The translations under genes were made by a program, and so were the position numbers. From a virus (Duplodnaviria > Caudoviricetes): a DNA stretch of 64,000 nucleotides. Where the stretch lies: positions 96,001 to 160,000 of the IMG/VR virus record IMGVR_UViG_3300037467_003067; one strand, written 5' to 3'. The notes beneath the pieces are model-generated. The model did not search any database, had not been told where the DNA came from, and saw nothing but the letters and a program-made list of their open reading frames with translations. The first letter of the stretch is position 1. Every line of letters begins with the position of its first letter. Positions 10,232 through 19,253 of this stretch are shown here, in pieces.

Positions 10232-10651
10232 ATGAAGACTTTTGAAGAATGGAAATCAGGTAAAAACGAATCCAAAGATGATCACTTCTGGGGATACCAC
10301 CTGATCATTGATATGACCGGATGCAACGATAATGTTGCCAAGAAGGACAAGATCAGGGAGTTCGTCAAGGACTTGGTCAAGAAGATCAAAATGAAGGCTG
10401 TAGGCGAGCCGGTGATTCGCTATCTGCTGCCGGGGAAGCCGAACGCTGGTTACTCCATGATGCAACTTATCGAGACTAGCGATATCACGGCACATTTCAT
10501 GACCAAAACAAGAACCGTCTATTGCGACATCTTCTCCTGCAAGGAGTATGACCCTAAGGTGGCTGAGAAGGTAGTCAAAGAATATTTCGAACCTAAGCAC
10601 ATCAAGACAAAATTTATGATTCGTGACGCTGCCAAGAAAGGTGGCGTCTAA
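10232..10651 (+). CDS. speD: S-adenosylmethionine decarboxylase proenzyme (class 1B)
   Basis: GYHLIIDMTGC...GYSMMQLIETSDITAHF...YCDIFSCKEYD. Confidence 0.8.
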   Translation: MKTFEEWKSGKNESKDDHFWGYHLIIDMTGCNDNVAKKDKIREFVKDLVKKIKMKAVGEPVIRYLLPGKPNAGYSMMQLIETSDITAHFMTKTRTVYCDIFSCKEYDPKVAEKVVKEYFEPKHIKTKFMIRDAAKKGGV

Positions 10652-10661
10652 AGGAGATACT

Positions 10662-11069
10662 TTGGCAAGACCGTTGAAAGTTGACCCGTATTCTTATGAC
10701 ATGGAATTGAGATCGCTGGTCATCGCACTTCTGAAAAAGCGGAAAGGCATCGGGATCGATCTCTTCGGAGTATTACAGATTGATGACCAGGAGAATGGTC
10801 ATGTTCGGGTCCTTGATCAAAGAGACGAGGACCAGAGCATTGAGTATGGCACTGAATACACCTTCAAGGACGTGAAGGAAGGCGTGGATTTCTTCCTAGA
10901 GATCCGCCAAGAGCGGCAACTCGGATATGACTTCGACCGCCAGCGTGACCGCGAGATGGCTAAGAAGGAGATTGAGGAAGATCGCATTGCCCGAATGGAA
11001 AAGGCGCAACGGCGAATCAACCTGATCGAAGATGATGATTTGGAATTCTTAGGTGATGCGAATGCCTAG
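10662..11069 (+). CDS. hypothetical protein
   Basis: TTG start after AAGGAG, in frame with track ORF 10623. Confidence 0.65.
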   Translation: MARPLKVDPYSYDMELRSLVIALLKKRKGIGIDLFGVLQIDDQENGHVRVLDQRDEDQSIEYGTEYTFKDVKEGVDFFLEIRQERQLGYDFDRQRDREMAKKEIEEDRIARMEKAQRRINLIEDDDLEFLGDANA

Positions 11070-11633
11070 CTCGTGGGCATGAGCTTGGATGAGATCGAGG
11101 GGAATCCATGCCTTGATCTCATCTGATTCCTTGGTCAAGTCGGTCCAAGTGTAGGACTGGACGCCCAAGATGCGGTGGACAAGTTCGTTGAACGTGAGCC
11201 ATTCCCAATGGTCGCATTTGTGTTGCTCTTCCGGGGGCGAAGGCATGTTCTCTGCGACATTGATGCCTTCTGGATCGGCGAGCGTCCCCTTCATGAAGAG
11301 CGTGACATATGCCTTGCTCTTCCCTTCCATGTGGTCGTGGCGAAGGAAGACTTGGGGACGTCCCCGACCCATTGTGTGGATCTTGACCTTGAGTCCCTTG
11401 CCCGTCCTCGGGTCAAGGACTTCTTCTTCGGGTTCTCGACTGGCAGCAACTTCCAGGCTATCATCATCGAGATCAACGTGACCGCCTGGAAAGGCGAGGA
11501 AACCGGCACAGTGGGAACCTTTGCGGATGCCGACGAGCATTCGCCCTTGGTGGACGATAATGACGCCGACGCCGACCAAGCATCGCTCGGACTTCTTAGG
11601 AGGAAAGAAATAATCGCGAAGTGTCTTAAACAT
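11049..11633 (-). CDS. Nudix hydrolase (MutT/NUDT-like)
   Basis: VGVGVII...RKGSH..G.LAFPGGHVD...AASREPEEE Nudix box; start moved downstream of the tRNA. Confidence 0.8.
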   Translation of the reverse strand: MFKTLRDYFFPPKKSERCLVGVGVIIVHQGRMLVGIRKGSHCAGFLAFPGGHVDLDDDSLEVAASREPEEEVLDPRTGKGLKVKIHTMGRGRPQVFLRHDHMEGKSKAYVTLFMKGTLADPEGINVAENMPSPPEEQHKCDHWEWLTFNELVHRILGVQSYTWTDLTKESDEIKAWIPLDLIQAHAHELGIRIT

Positions 11634-11668
11634 GAGACCTTCTTGGTCTTGAAAATATATTGTCTTAG

Positions 11669-11744
11669 TAGCACCAGGGGGATTCGAACCCACCACTGTA
11701 CGGATTTTAAGTCCGTTGCCTCCTACCAATTGGGCTATGGTGCC
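11669..11744 (-). tRNA. tRNA-Leu(TAA), short variable loop, no encoded CCA
   Basis: GGCACCA/TGGTGCT acceptor, ACGGA-CT-TAA-AA-TCCGT anticodon arm, GGTTCGAATCC T-loop, discriminator A. Confidence 0.85.
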
Positions 11745-11758
11745 ATTGGATGTCGGTC

Positions 11759-12028
11759 TTAATTAGAAACATCATCCCACAAAAAATATAATTGTATATC
11801 TTCTCTGATCCTGAGGATGAAACGGATATAAAAGAGACCAAATCCGATGTAGCAATAGAAACTGTTGTATCTTTCTTTGCCATCAAACCGCCACCAGCCC
11901 ATAAACCGTGCGAATATCACTCCAAAGAGTACCCCATGATTCCACATGTCTTCTGTGATATCGTGTTGCCAAAACAATCGGATTCGAATTCCTAGCTTGA
12001 TGGGGCATTTCATGGGCTTCCTCAGCAT
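11759..12028 (-). CDS. hypothetical membrane-associated protein
   Basis: Aromatic/hydrophobic; ATG overlaps the upstream TGA (ATGCTGA). Confidence 0.5.
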   Translation of the reverse strand: MLRKPMKCPIKLGIRIRLFWQHDITEDMWNHGVLFGVIFARFMGWWRFDGKERYNSFYCYIGFGLFYIRFILRIREDIQLYFLWDDVSN

Positions 12029-12270
12029 ACCTCCAGGGTTGCCTCGTTTTTGTCGTCGATGACGACCGTCACGTTCTTGAACTTGAGGCTTCCTTTGGTT
12101 GCAGGATTGTTCGGGGTTTCTTTCGTAGACCAAGGGGCATTTGCTGTCACGTGATTGACGTAATAGGTTTCCCCTTTAGCTTTGATCACCCACGGAGGGA
12201 TAGAGGGATCATTGATATGCGCTTTATTGAAGTGGAAGACAGCTTCGCGACACTTTTCAATCTATGTCAT
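12022..12270 (-). pseudogene. phage-like hypothetical ORF with in-frame TAG at codon 3 (or ATT start)
   Basis: ATG ACA TAG ATT GAA...: IEKCREAVFHFNKAHINDPSIPPWVIKAKGETYYVNHVTANAPWSTKETPNNPATKGSLKFKNV...; absent from track. Confidence 0.6.
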
Positions 12271-12312
12271 GTTTTGTTCTCTAAAAAGGAAGTTATACGA
12301 ACACAAGTTCGA

Positions 12313-12386
12313 AGGCTCCGGTAGGATTCGAACCTACGATTTCCTGGGTTGCAGCCAGGTGCCTTAGCCAGCTTGGCCACGGAGCC
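12313..12386 (-). tRNA. tRNA-Cys(GCA)
   Basis: GGCTCCG/CGGAGCC acceptor, CCTGG-CT-GCA-AC-CCAGG, GTAGG-TTCGAAT-CCTAC, U73 discriminator; no CCA. Confidence 0.92.
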
Positions 12387-12406
12387 GAATCACATCCGAC
12401 ACTTTA

Positions 12407-12435
12407 ATGATACCCTGATCAATCGAAGCTGTAAA
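12407..12435 (-). promoter_or_regulatory. sigma70-like promoter for tRNA-Cys unit
   Basis: TTTACA-N17-TATCAT about 20 nt upstream of the tRNA. Confidence 0.65.
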
Positions 12436-12453
12436 CCTCGATCTTGAGGTTTT

Positions 12454-12993
12454 TCACTGTTTTGTTTTCCAGTAGTGATCGACCTTGGCTTGACAACTTG
12501 GACAGAATTTGCCAAACCATCCCCAATGAGCGAAGTTGCCCATGACGCAATCATATTGGATTACATCGCCTTTGCGATATTGATCCGGCAAACGATAGTA
12601 GAAGTGGCAGAGTTCGTGTGCCAGAACTTTTGCTTTCCTCTCCATCGCAGTATACTCAAACCAATCATGGTAATACACATACATTATCTCGCCACCCACA
12701 GGTCGATTAACAACGGCTACGCCTGCTGCTATCTTTGATGGGCGATCAGGGTAAATATAAATGCGTATTTTGTTGAGGTCGGTAGAATAAACCAACTCAG
12801 GTTCAGCGTCATGGCGATGCGAGACCTCCATGAACAACTTCCACCCTTCCGAGAAGGATTTGCGAAAATCCGCTTCGACTTCCTTGTCATAACGTTCCAT
12901 CAGACAATAGTATAGTGTTTCGCTATGGACCGGAGTGGTTAAGCTTAAGAGAAGTGTAAATGCTAAAAAGAATTTAGAAATATGTTTCAGCAT
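12454..12993 (-). CDS. secreted zincin-type metallopeptidase candidate
   Basis: Signal peptide; VLAHELCH (HExxH), LPDQY, CVMG, FCPSC. Confidence 0.65.
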   Translation of the reverse strand: MLKHISKFFLAFTLLLSLTTPVHSETLYYCLMERYDKEVEADFRKSFSEGWKLFMEVSHRHDAEPELVYSTDLNKIRIYIYPDRPSKIAAGVAVVNRPVGGEIMYVYYHDWFEYTAMERKAKVLAHELCHFYYRLPDQYRKGDVIQYDCVMGNFAHWGWFGKFCPSCQAKVDHYWKTKQ

Positions 12994-13018
12994 ACATTAT
13001 CTATGATTAATCCAGTTA

Positions 13019-13046
13019 AATCCCCGTGGGTAATCCCACGGGGATT
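13019..13046. terminator. 12-bp hairpin, likely terminator
   Basis: AATCCCCGTGGG-taat-CCCACGGGGATT. Confidence 0.55.
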
Positions 13047-13059
13047 CAGACACCAAATA

Positions 13060-13329
13060 TCAAATCGCGGCATTGATGCGGTTGGCGATTTCTTCCATGC
13101 CGAGATTCGCCATCTCGGCATACAGGTGATCTTGTGAGATTTGGAGAGTCGTCGCGAGTAGCGACTTCACGTGGTCCTCGTCCCAGCCGTGGTGATCACA
13201 ATCGTAATCAACCAAGTGTTTACAAGTCCCAGCGTCCAAAGGATCAGCCCCCTGAAGCGTGTCCCGAATTGTGCTGAGGATCACGTCATCGTCCTGCGAC
13301 CAATCGTCCTCGTCAAAATCCTTCATCAC
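13060..13329 (-). CDS. hypothetical acidic protein
   Basis: AAGGAGG SD; follows the ATP-grasp gene. Confidence 0.7.
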   Translation of the reverse strand: MMKDFDEDDWSQDDDVILSTIRDTLQGADPLDAGTCKHLVDYDCDHHGWDEDHVKSLLATTLQISQDHLYAEMANLGMEEIANRINAAI

Positions 13330-13340
13330 ACTGCCTCCTT

Positions 13341-14171
13341 TTAGCGGATAGAATATCTCAAACTGCCGTTGATCGCTTTCGCGATTGCTCTGATGTCGCT
13401 TTGGTACAGTCCAGCATAGTTGAACGGTCCAATCTCGACGATAACGAACCCACGACCTGGGACTTCACCCACATCCATGATGTAGACCGGGTAAGGACTC
13501 CAACACGACGCCGCTTCCTCTGCGAAGCATGCTGCCCGGTCGTCGAACCCTTCCATCGGGTCGCAGAATCCATTGCTCATGTACTGACTGCCCGAGGCGA
13601 CCTTCTCGTTCACTATGATGAATCGCCATTCATAGACGATCTTCTGGGGGGCTGAAACGATGATCTCCGTCGCCTCAGGAACGTAGCGACGGAGAGTCAT
13701 GTCGTTGCTCCACGTCCTCAGGTTGGTCTTACGCACCAAAGTCCCGGTGAAGGTCTTTTCGTTGTCATTAGGTCGAATGAATACGACATCATCTTTCCCG
13801 TGCTGGGAGTAGAGGTAATCGACCAATTCAGAATTGTCCAAGGCTCCCAAGGTTGAGAAATAGGGATTCTCTGGAAGGACGAACGGCTTCAATTGCTTGT
13901 AGTAATTTTTGCAACTAAAAATCAGTGGATCGTACCAGGCAAATGGCTGAGGTAGGGACTTTTCCTGCTGCCTGATGTCCAGGAGCGTGTTGATCGAGCC
14001 GTAGTAGACGACCGGTTCCTTCCCCTTGAGGTTACTCAAGAAGGAAAGGTCGGAATCGTCGAATACAATGACCTCACAGCCGAGCTCCTGGAGCAGGTAG
14101 CTGAGACGCTGGGGGCAATTGCGGTCGTTCTGGTATTGGACGGCTTCGATGAGCCAAGTTGGAGTATTCAT
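13341..14171 (-). CDS. ATP-grasp protein (R2K-like clade)
   Basis: VFIRPNDNEKTFTG, EWRFIIV, YIMDVG, IVEIGPFNYAGLY. Confidence 0.75.
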   Translation of the reverse strand: MNTPTWLIEAVQYQNDRNCPQRLSYLLQELGCEVIVFDDSDLSFLSNLKGKEPVVYYGSINTLLDIRQQEKSLPQPFAWYDPLIFSCKNYYKQLKPFVLPENPYFSTLGALDNSELVDYLYSQHGKDDVVFIRPNDNEKTFTGTLVRKTNLRTWSNDMTLRRYVPEATEIIVSAPQKIVYEWRFIIVNEKVASGSQYMSNGFCDPMEGFDDRAACFAEEAASCWSPYPVYIMDVGEVPGRGFVIVEIGPFNYAGLYQSDIRAIAKAINGSLRYSIR

Positions 14172-14181
14172 GATGACCACA

Positions 14182-14210
14182 ATTTTAGCAGATTAAAACT
14201 GACGTGTCAA
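14182..14210 (-). promoter_or_regulatory. sigma70-like promoter
   Basis: TTGACA-N17-TAAAAT. Confidence 0.7.
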
Positions 14211-15862
14211 CCGGAACGTGTATTGCCGTTAATGACATTGAGACAATCGTGAGCTTTTTCGAGGGTCTGTTTGACCATGTACCCAGCGGAGGTGTCATCG
14301 TCATAAGGATCATCGTATACTGATTCGTAATGAGCGATAACTTCTTCGCAGAGTTTGTACACCAACTTGCCAAATCGCTTCATCAATTTGCCGATTTCGC
14401 GGCGACGAGGGTTGTCACGTAAGACAATCGAACTCTCTGCTCCGTAAGGCTTGGGGTCGTGTGTCTTGGTGAAGTAAGAGTAGTTCGTCTTGGCGTATTG
14501 GTATCCCTCCAAGGCACGACTAACAGTCTCAATAATAGTATAAATATATTCCTTGAAGTTATATCCGGATTCTACCTTGATGTTACGATAATCCTTCATC
14601 CTGAGCCAATTATTGTCGACCAACAATTTCAATTGGTCAATATTCCAAGACAATCGATCCGTAATTGACTTGAAATCATCATTGAGTTGGTAGTTAATGA
14701 CTTCATGGTCTGGCAATTCGAACAACTGCACCTCGGCGATTCGTCTTAAGTCGCCGATTTCCTTGGTGTGGCTGATCATGTGCTGCTTTTGTGCTTCGTC
14801 CATGTTGGAAAGGTCGATGATCTCCTTTCTCTTTTGATCCGAGATCGGAGCCGACATCGCCTTCGTTAAGGCATCTTGGTTTTGGAATTCATGGTCGAAT
14901 TTTTGCTTGATCGCCTCTTTGGTTCGACTGTCCAGGTTGGGGCTATAGATCAGATCGACGGCTTTAGTGTCCAAATCGGGTTTGTAATCTCCGATGATTT
15001 CGAAGCAATTCTTAATAGGCAATGGGTCAGGACCGTCGGCGAGTAAGAGTGCGGCAACGTAAGGATGAAGTTCCGGGTTGACCTTTTGATTGGAATATCC
15101 TTTGGCTTCGCCCAGATTATGGTTGTTGATGATGTAAGTGGCTTCTACCTGGTTTTGTGGATTCTTTAGAGAGACGATACGGTCTTCCGGGCGATGTTGA
15201 CCCAGGATATTGCCGCAATGACCGCCAGCATTTCCTTCTTGGTCGCAGTATGCCTTGTCGAGGGCGATCCACTTCCAACCGTCTGGGAACTGAATCAAGA
15301 CTCGTCCTTGCGGTCCTTCGGTCCTGGAAGCATTTTTATCTTTGTTCTGTGCGGTTGTTCGGAACAAGGCGGCGTCTTGTTGTAGGTATCTGAAGCTTAC
15401 AGCAGGCGTGCCTAGACCCATGCCGGTGGGTGGGGTCGCTTTCCCGAGAGCCTTCCAGAAATTGGGGTTGTTCACGTTAGCGTGAAACACATCTTTGACT
15501 TGGTCCCATTCAGCACGGGTGATATAGACCGGCTTCGGCGCGTATTTATGAGCCCCTAGTCTCATGCTGCCCATTTGTCTTGATGGGAGATCCATGGAGG
15601 TTTCGCCCTTATAGCCGCCGATTAGAATGTGCAAGGCAAGCCAGTTGAGAAGAATGTTGAGCTTATCGCCTTTTAGACCTTGTAGCAATTCAGCATCGTT
15701 CTGGGACAATTCTCTTTGTGCCCTGGCTTTTGCTTCTTGCACGTATGGAGCACAGTTAGGGTTTTGCAGGATATCCTTGACGGTCCCATTGGCGGCACGA
15801 CCCGCATTGTACCAGAAGTAATCCTCGTCGCCTTCGAGCCAGAGTTTGAACTGCAACATCAT
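14207..15862 (-). CDS. putative internal head protein with PcfJ-like domain
   Basis: MMLQFKLWLE; WIALDKAYCDQEGNAGGHCGN...IVSLKN...GEAKGYSNQK, paralogous to 3363-4952. Confidence 0.65.
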   Translation of the reverse strand: MMLQFKLWLEGDEDYFWYNAGRAANGTVKDILQNPNCAPYVQEAKARAQRELSQNDAELLQGLKGDKLNILLNWLALHILIGGYKGETSMDLPSRQMGSMRLGAHKYAPKPVYITRAEWDQVKDVFHANVNNPNFWKALGKATPPTGMGLGTPAVSFRYLQQDAALFRTTAQNKDKNASRTEGPQGRVLIQFPDGWKWIALDKAYCDQEGNAGGHCGNILGQHRPEDRIVSLKNPQNQVEATYIINNHNLGEAKGYSNQKVNPELHPYVAALLLADGPDPLPIKNCFEIIGDYKPDLDTKAVDLIYSPNLDSRTKEAIKQKFDHEFQNQDALTKAMSAPISDQKRKEIIDLSNMDEAQKQHMISHTKEIGDLRRIAEVQLFELPDHEVINYQLNDDFKSITDRLSWNIDQLKLLVDNNWLRMKDYRNIKVESGYNFKEYIYTIIETVSRALEGYQYAKTNYSYFTKTHDPKPYGAESSIVLRDNPRRREIGKLMKRFGKLVYKLCEEVIAHYESVYDDPYDDDTSAGYMVKQTLEKAHDCLNVINGNTRSG

Positions 15863-15904
15863 CTTTCCTATTCTTCTAAGAAAGTCTTAATATCTATTTT
15901 CTAT

Positions 15905-16259
15905 GTGAACTTATTTTTGGGGTTTTAGTCCATTAATTTCCGATCCAACCAACAGCCCACTCATTGGAGCAGGTCTTACATCAGGGCAATCGGCTACCCC
16001 TCTCATTCCGAGAGTTTTGATTCTCAAACCTTCTTTGATAATATTAACAGCAGCATTTTGGTCACTCTTTCTTTAAATTTAGCAATTCATTAGCATTATC
16101 GTAATAGTTTTGAGCTTCTTTATTGGCTTTATACGCAATGCTTCTTTGATTGAGGAAGCGATTGTAAAGATATCTCACACAGCCGAAGTGCTTGTTAAGC
16201 AATACTTGTTGCTTGTCACTCGGATTCAGCCTATATTTATAGGAATACAAATGCTTCAT
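15905..16259 (-). mobile_element. tnpB: internally deleted IS200/IS605 tnpB remnant
   Basis: N-term YKYRLNP...QQVLLNKHFGCVRYLYNRFL joined out of frame to C-term DQNAAVNIIKEG (RuvC-III); ends GTTCAC; AT-rich. Confidence 0.8.
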
Positions 16260-16352
16260 TGTGTTTATATATAACGATTGAATCAGATGAATATAATCCA
16301 ATAGTTATATAGAATTAAGCGTAATTACTTCCTAATTAAATTAAGGTTCAAG

Positions 16353-16838
16353 ATGCTGTTTAAAGAGTGGCTTCTCAAAGAAGAAGAGGAAGATGATGAC
16401 ATGGGAATGGATCTCGCCGACCAGATTCAATCGGCAATCGGTTCGGTCGCAATGAATTCCTACCGCCGCACTCGTGTACCGAAGGGATATCCCAGTGAGA
16501 TCATGGGACGATATCTCAATCAGGTGCGAGGCATCCGCGACTGGATTCAGAAAACCCGATTTCCGGTGAACCTGGAGAATTTGGATTTGGCATCCCAAGC
16601 CCTAGCTGACGCGATTCTTGACTTTCGCCGAAACGGTGGTATATTCGAGCCTGCAAGTTACGTCGGCGGGGCTGACCCCCGTTCAGCCGAACATCTGTCG
16701 CAGTTCGCTCAATTCCTGAGGCAGCGAATGAATCAACCAAAAGTCTACGGCAAGCAATGGGGACAGTTTCCCGAGTATTGGGACGCCTTCATGGAAGATT
16801 TTTCGGAAGCGGCAAAAAGATGGAAGGCTGAACAATGA
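16353..16838 (+). CDS. hypothetical, capsid-targeting-like N-terminus
   Basis: MLFKEWLLKEEE. Confidence 0.7.
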   Translation: MLFKEWLLKEEEEDDDMGMDLADQIQSAIGSVAMNSYRRTRVPKGYPSEIMGRYLNQVRGIRDWIQKTRFPVNLENLDLASQALADAILDFRRNGGIFEPASYVGGADPRSAEHLSQFAQFLRQRMNQPKVYGKQWGQFPEYWDAFMEDFSEAAKRWKAEQ

Positions 16839-18565
16839 GAGGGCTACATTTCCAACGCTGGCTTGAGAACCAGGAATATGACCAATTCCGTGGGCTGATC
16901 GATCAGGCTGCCCAAGGCAGAGACTTTGCATTCAAAAGTTGGTTCCCTGAAGGTGAACGTGTATACATTCCGTTCACCCCTCAAGGAGGCGAACAACAAA
17001 ACTACGACAAAGATATCGCCGAAGCCCTGAGTGACATTGGGTATACCATCAAAGATTACCGTGCCGGGCTGGCAGTCAATGCTCAAGGACGAGTCATGCG
17101 GATTGGCAAATTGCTCAACAGTATGTACCAGAAGGATATCGCCGAACTCGATGCCAGCAGAGCGAACATCTCTCCAATTACTTACGAACGAAAGAGAAAA
17201 GAGAATATCGAGTATTGGACCGAATTGTTGAATATGTTCCAGAATTCACCTTATCGGTCGCATTCGGCAACCGGCGACACACAGGCTTACTACGTCGTGA
17301 TCAGCAGCAACATCCACGACATCGGGGCGATGTCCACGGGAAGGTCGTGGGAATCTTGCATGAACCTTCAGAAAGGTGCCCACTCCGACGACGTGTATTG
17401 CGAGGTGAAGAAGGGCGGCTTTGTCGCCTATCTGATCCAAGGCAATGACCGAGACATCAAGCGACCTTTGGCTCGAATCTCGATCAAGCGATTCGAGAAC
17501 AAGGCTGGAGATTCGATTGCGATGCCCGAAGACACGGTCTACGGCAACGACATGTCCGGTTTCCAGGAGACCGTGAGGAAGTGGATCGAGTCCAAGCAAG
17601 GACCGGTCAAGGTTGGTCTGTATAAGAGACGGGGCGGGGAATACTCGGACAGCCTCGGCTCGCATCATATTCAGGGCGACACGACTGCCAAGGGCTTAAT
17701 GAGAATGATTCGTTTCGGTCTCAGCAAGGGGACCTGGAATCCCCGTCGCCGTCCCTATTTCGATGCGGCAATCAAGGAGATCAATTCCGGCAAGCAGCGA
17801 TTCGGTCTCAAATTCTTGCGCAAAGTCGCCGACATTCTCAAGGGACAGTCTCAGGGTTTTCGCAAGGATGAGCTTGTAGATTTTGCGATGGCTCACCCTC
17901 AGGCAGTTGACAAAGAATTGTATGAGATGCTGCCGGAATTCAAGAAGGACAAATTTGATGAGATCGATCCCAAGTTCACGCAGGATCGAATCGTCAAGGC
18001 ATACGAACTTTTGGATGGCGGGTTAACTATCGAGAACCCGGCATTGGAATTGGATAAAGGATTGAATTACGGAAACGTCGGCAAGATTAACGACCTTCTC
18101 CAGCACACTCAGAAGATCAAGCAAATGCCCGAGAGTATGATCCGACAAGTGGTCCAATTCGGCAAAGATTTGCTGGAGAGGTTCGGGGGCGAGATCCAGA
18201 GGAAACCGGCAAGATTACCGGGGGCACGAAGCCCTCTGATTTCGGCACTTGGGTCCGTCATTCATGCTCTTGACATGGCACATGCCGATACGCCAACTGT
18301 TGTCAATTGGTATCATGAGTTGTTGCCTTATTTTGATGACTTGGGTGGAATCAATGGGTCATTTGGACGAGCTTTTGCTCGGCTGGGAATCAACGGGACA
18401 CCGTTCCTGTCATTCTTGCAAAAGAAAAAGCAAGAGTTGGAAGAGAAGGCGGCACGAGGCGAGGGATATCCTGAATTCAATAAAAAGCAAATTGAACAAT
18501 TCAATTATGTGATTGATTCGATTGAGAATGGTTCGGGGAGATCTGACAGGTATACGTACTTCTGA
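16835..18565 (+). CDS. hypothetical, capsid-targeting-like N-terminus
   Basis: MRGLHFQRWLE; internal AMSTGRSWESCMNL...VAYL...PLARI motif; ATGA coupling. Confidence 0.75.
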   Translation: MRGLHFQRWLENQEYDQFRGLIDQAAQGRDFAFKSWFPEGERVYIPFTPQGGEQQNYDKDIAEALSDIGYTIKDYRAGLAVNAQGRVMRIGKLLNSMYQKDIAELDASRANISPITYERKRKENIEYWTELLNMFQNSPYRSHSATGDTQAYYVVISSNIHDIGAMSTGRSWESCMNLQKGAHSDDVYCEVKKGGFVAYLIQGNDRDIKRPLARISIKRFENKAGDSIAMPEDTVYGNDMSGFQETVRKWIESKQGPVKVGLYKRRGGEYSDSLGSHHIQGDTTAKGLMRMIRFGLSKGTWNPRRRPYFDAAIKEINSGKQRFGLKFLRKVADILKGQSQGFRKDELVDFAMAHPQAVDKELYEMLPEFKKDKFDEIDPKFTQDRIVKAYELLDGGLTIENPALELDKGLNYGNVGKINDLLQHTQKIKQMPESMIRQVVQFGKDLLERFGGEIQRKPARLPGARSPLISALGSVIHALDMAHADTPTVVNWYHELLPYFDDLGGINGSFGRAFARLGINGTPFLSFLQKKKQELEEKAARGEGYPEFNKKQIEQFNYVIDSIENGSGRSDRYTYF

Positions 18566-18585
18566 CGTACACCTGTCAGTTAAGA

Positions 18586-18870
18586 TCACTTCTTCTTGTT
18601 AAGAATACGGTCCGCACAACGCTTGATGCCCTCGGGGTTGGGGGCGTTGTGGGCATAAGCCTTGGCGGCTCGGGCTTGCTTGGCATTAGTGACGGGGAAA
18701 CTGCCCTTGGGAGCACCACCGGCTGGACCACAAAACGGACCTTCGCCCGCCGACGAGGTCTCGCGATCCTTGCCAACATTCGATCCGCCCGGCTTCTTGC
18801 GAGCAGCTTCTTCATCCTTCGGCAGACCTTCGCTTTCCTTTGCTTCTAAAAATTCTTTCCAGGTTATCAT
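18586..18870 (-). CDS. small basic protein, capsid-targeting-like N-terminus
   Basis: MITWKEFLEAKE; TAGATA upstream. Confidence 0.65.
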   Translation of the reverse strand: MITWKEFLEAKESEGLPKDEEAARKKPGGSNVGKDRETSSAGEGPFCGPAGGAPKGSFPVTNAKQARAAKAYAHNAPNPEGIKRCADRILNKKK

Positions 18871-18932
18871 ATAATTAAAACTCCAAAAACTAAACCGCAT
18901 CTAAGCGATATCTAGTTTTTGGAGTTCACTTT

Positions 18933-19190
18933 CTAAGTCCGTTTTTCAAGTTGGTCAATTGCTGCTTCCGTTGATATCTTGGGTTTGATGCTGTCCCGGT
19001 ATCTCAACTTTTCCTTTGGCATGACTTTGGGAACGATCCTGGCTGAATATAGCCTGTTATAATCGCACCGTTCATTGATAATGGTTGCCGCCATTCTCGC
19101 CATAGTTTCTTGCTTGTATTTCAACGGTCCTTCGCTGTTACCCATCCAGACCTTGTCAACGGTGTCCCAGCAGCCGTAAACTTTCGCCAT
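18933..19190 (-). CDS. hypothetical protein
   Basis: 85 aa, AAGGA SD. Confidence 0.65.
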   Translation of the reverse strand: MAKVYGCWDTVDKVWMGNSEGPLKYKQETMARMAATIINERCDYNRLYSARIVPKVMPKEKLRYRDSIKPKISTEAAIDQLEKRT

Positions 19191-19207
19191 GGTGTTTGTG
19201 TCCTTGA

Positions 19208-19247
19208 AAAAATACCCAGACCAAGGTAGAAACTACCTTGGTCTGGG
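19208..19247 (-). terminator. intrinsic terminator
   Basis: 15-bp stem CCCAGACCAAGGTAG/CTACCTTGGTCTGGG then T-run on the minus strand. Confidence 0.7.
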
Positions 19248-19253
19248 ATATGG

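Noticed and set aside
11634-11729. N-terminal extension of the Nudix ORF
   Set aside because: Overlaps tRNA-Leu; the ATG at 11633 is more plausible.
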